DNA of 64,000 nucleotides from Plasmodiophora brassicae (Eukaryota): NCBI GenBank assembly GCA_036867785.1, contig CP145415.1, positions 868,001 to 932,000 of the forward strand, read 5' to 3'. Shown piece by piece: positions 62,486 to 64,000 of this stretch (position 1 is its first letter; each line of letters starts with the position of its first letter). The notes under the pieces were generated by a model. It saw only the letters and a program-made list of their open reading frames with translations, ran no database searches and was not told where the DNA came from. The position numbers and the translations under genes were made by a program.

Positions 62486-64000
62486 CTATTCGTATTTCTT
62501 GCTGCCGATCCTCTGCGTCGTCCCAGCATCGTCGCTGTCGTCGTCGTCGTCGTCGTCGTTGTCCCTGTCCTGCCGCTGCCATTTGCGAGCCGCGCCTCTA
62601 GCCGCGACCGCCTTCATCAGGTTCGAATGCAGGCGGTCCGCCAGGCTGCTGGACTCGATGCTCTGCTCCGAGCGGGACGCCTATCCAGTACAGATCAGAT
62701 GCGCGCGTTTGCCGATCGCCCGCCGCCGTTGACCTCGTTGCTGCCTGGGTAATGCTGTATGGAGGACAGCACGCGATCCATGGGTACGTATTCGCGCACG
62801 GATCCGTCGTCACTGCTGGACGACGACGAATCCACCAGCGACGGGACCCGCTCGGTTCGTCGTCGAGTCTCGTACAGCGCGCGGATCTTCTTCAGGCCCG
62901 CTTTGCGAACCTTGGCCAGCGCAATCGCGAAGACCTCCTCCGAGCTGCGACGACGACGACGTCAGGGACGTTCTCGTGTCGGCCGGACAGTACCAGACCA
63001 GCCTTACAAGGAGTGATGCCGGCTCAGGATGTACAACTGTCCCGAGTGGCTGTGGACGACCTGCTGCGGGGACGGCCCACCATTGCTGCTGCGGTAGACG
63101 AGGTACAGGTCCAGGAGAACGGCCAGTAGCAGCTCCCAGACGCCGTTGATGACGACAATGACGAACCCGATCAAGTACACGCTGACCCACATGGCGCCGT
63201 CGCCCATGGAATCGGTCGCCGCGGACAGCACGTCGTGCCAGTCGTCGCCGGCGACGATGCCGAACAGGACCAGTAGGGCGTTCGGGAACGTCGAGAAGTT
63301 CGCGAAGGGCACCTCCTGGTTGGCGTATCGCCCTCGCATGAGTTCGAGGCCGATAATGGCCCAGGCGTACATGAAGATCAGCATGAGGACCGACAGGCGG
63401 ATCAGCAGGCCGACCACCTTCCCGTAGACGGTCAGGATCGTGCGCAGGCGGCTCGATCGGAAGATGACGAGCAATGGGCGCAGGGCGCGTGTCAAGCGCA
63501 ACACCTCCACTATGACCCCCGACGTTAACGTGATCGTCTCGGCGGACGCATTTGACGGCACTCACCGAGGCTGAGCGCGCTCAGCCAACGGGACCGACTG
63601 ATCGTCAATCCGATGACCTCGACGACGACACTGACGACGACGACGACACTGTCGAAGCGGTTGAACGGGGCCGACCAGAACGGCAGGAACCCGGCGGCAA
63701 CGATTCGCATGGCGAGCTCTATGCGCAACGCCTTCATATCTTCGAAACCCCTAAGCCACCTGCACTGCTTCATCGTACCAAGGGCGAACAGGCTCAGGCA
63801 GGTCAGGTCGAGGGCGATGAGCAGGACGGAGTGCTCGTACCCAGTCGCCTGCATGACGACCACCTGTGTGTGATTCTCAGCCGCCCGGTTCCAGGCAGGT
63901 CTCCGGCCCGAACGCGTCTCACGCATGTGTTCACGACGATGTTGACGGCGGTGCCGACCTGGAAGACGGGGCTGGAGACCACCGTCTGCAACCTGGCCCG
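62486..64000 (-). CDS. Voltage-gated cation channel superfamily protein (3' part; 5' end outside window)
   Basis: PFNRFDSVVV (S3), LRLTRALRPL (S4), pore FSTFPNALLVLFGIVAGDDWHDVL, S6 helix; spliced tail ends ...DDDDDDDSDDAGTTQRIGSKKYE-stop at 62486. Confidence 0.85.
62538..62558. repeat. (TCG)7 trinucleotide microsatellite encoding poly-Asp in the channel tail
   Basis: Direct reading of tcgtcgtcgtcgtcgtcgtcg. Confidence 0.8.

Overview
Gene-dense eukaryotic nuclear DNA. It is GC-rich, with short (mostly 50-80 nt) GT-AG introns and many intergenic gaps under 200 bp. Gene style and content suggest a compact protist genome such as a plasmodiophorid like Plasmodiophora; this is inference, not verified. 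About 35 protein-coding genes can be built by hand. They include two kinesins, PEX22, UTP6, eIF2B-epsilon, UPF1, an M16 protease, aspartate aminotransferase, a multicopper oxidase, a PQQ-type sugar dehydrogenase, TANGO2, YIPF6, a GT10 fucosyltransferase, an RBBP4/MSI1-like protein, a 5'-nucleotidase, P1B and P2C ATPases, a 7TM-RGS protein and an ion channel. Main highlights: (1) a Drosha-like (not Dicer-like) double RNase III plus dsRBD gene whose RIIIa domain has lost all catalytic acidic residues while RIIIb is intact; (2) a ~1 kb apparently non-coding region of consecutive hairpins, including a near-perfect ~43 bp pre-miRNA-like stem, which together with (1) hints at an undescribed small-RNA pathway; (3) a G-alpha lacking both catalytic Arg and Gln, with a truncated N-helix; (4) a DUF4804/MavL-type macrodomain; (5) a Na/K-type ATPase with PQGL instead of PEGL; (6) a tandem surface oxidase plus dehydrogenase pair. 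All family calls come from motif recognition by eye, no searches were run, and exon boundaries are manual.
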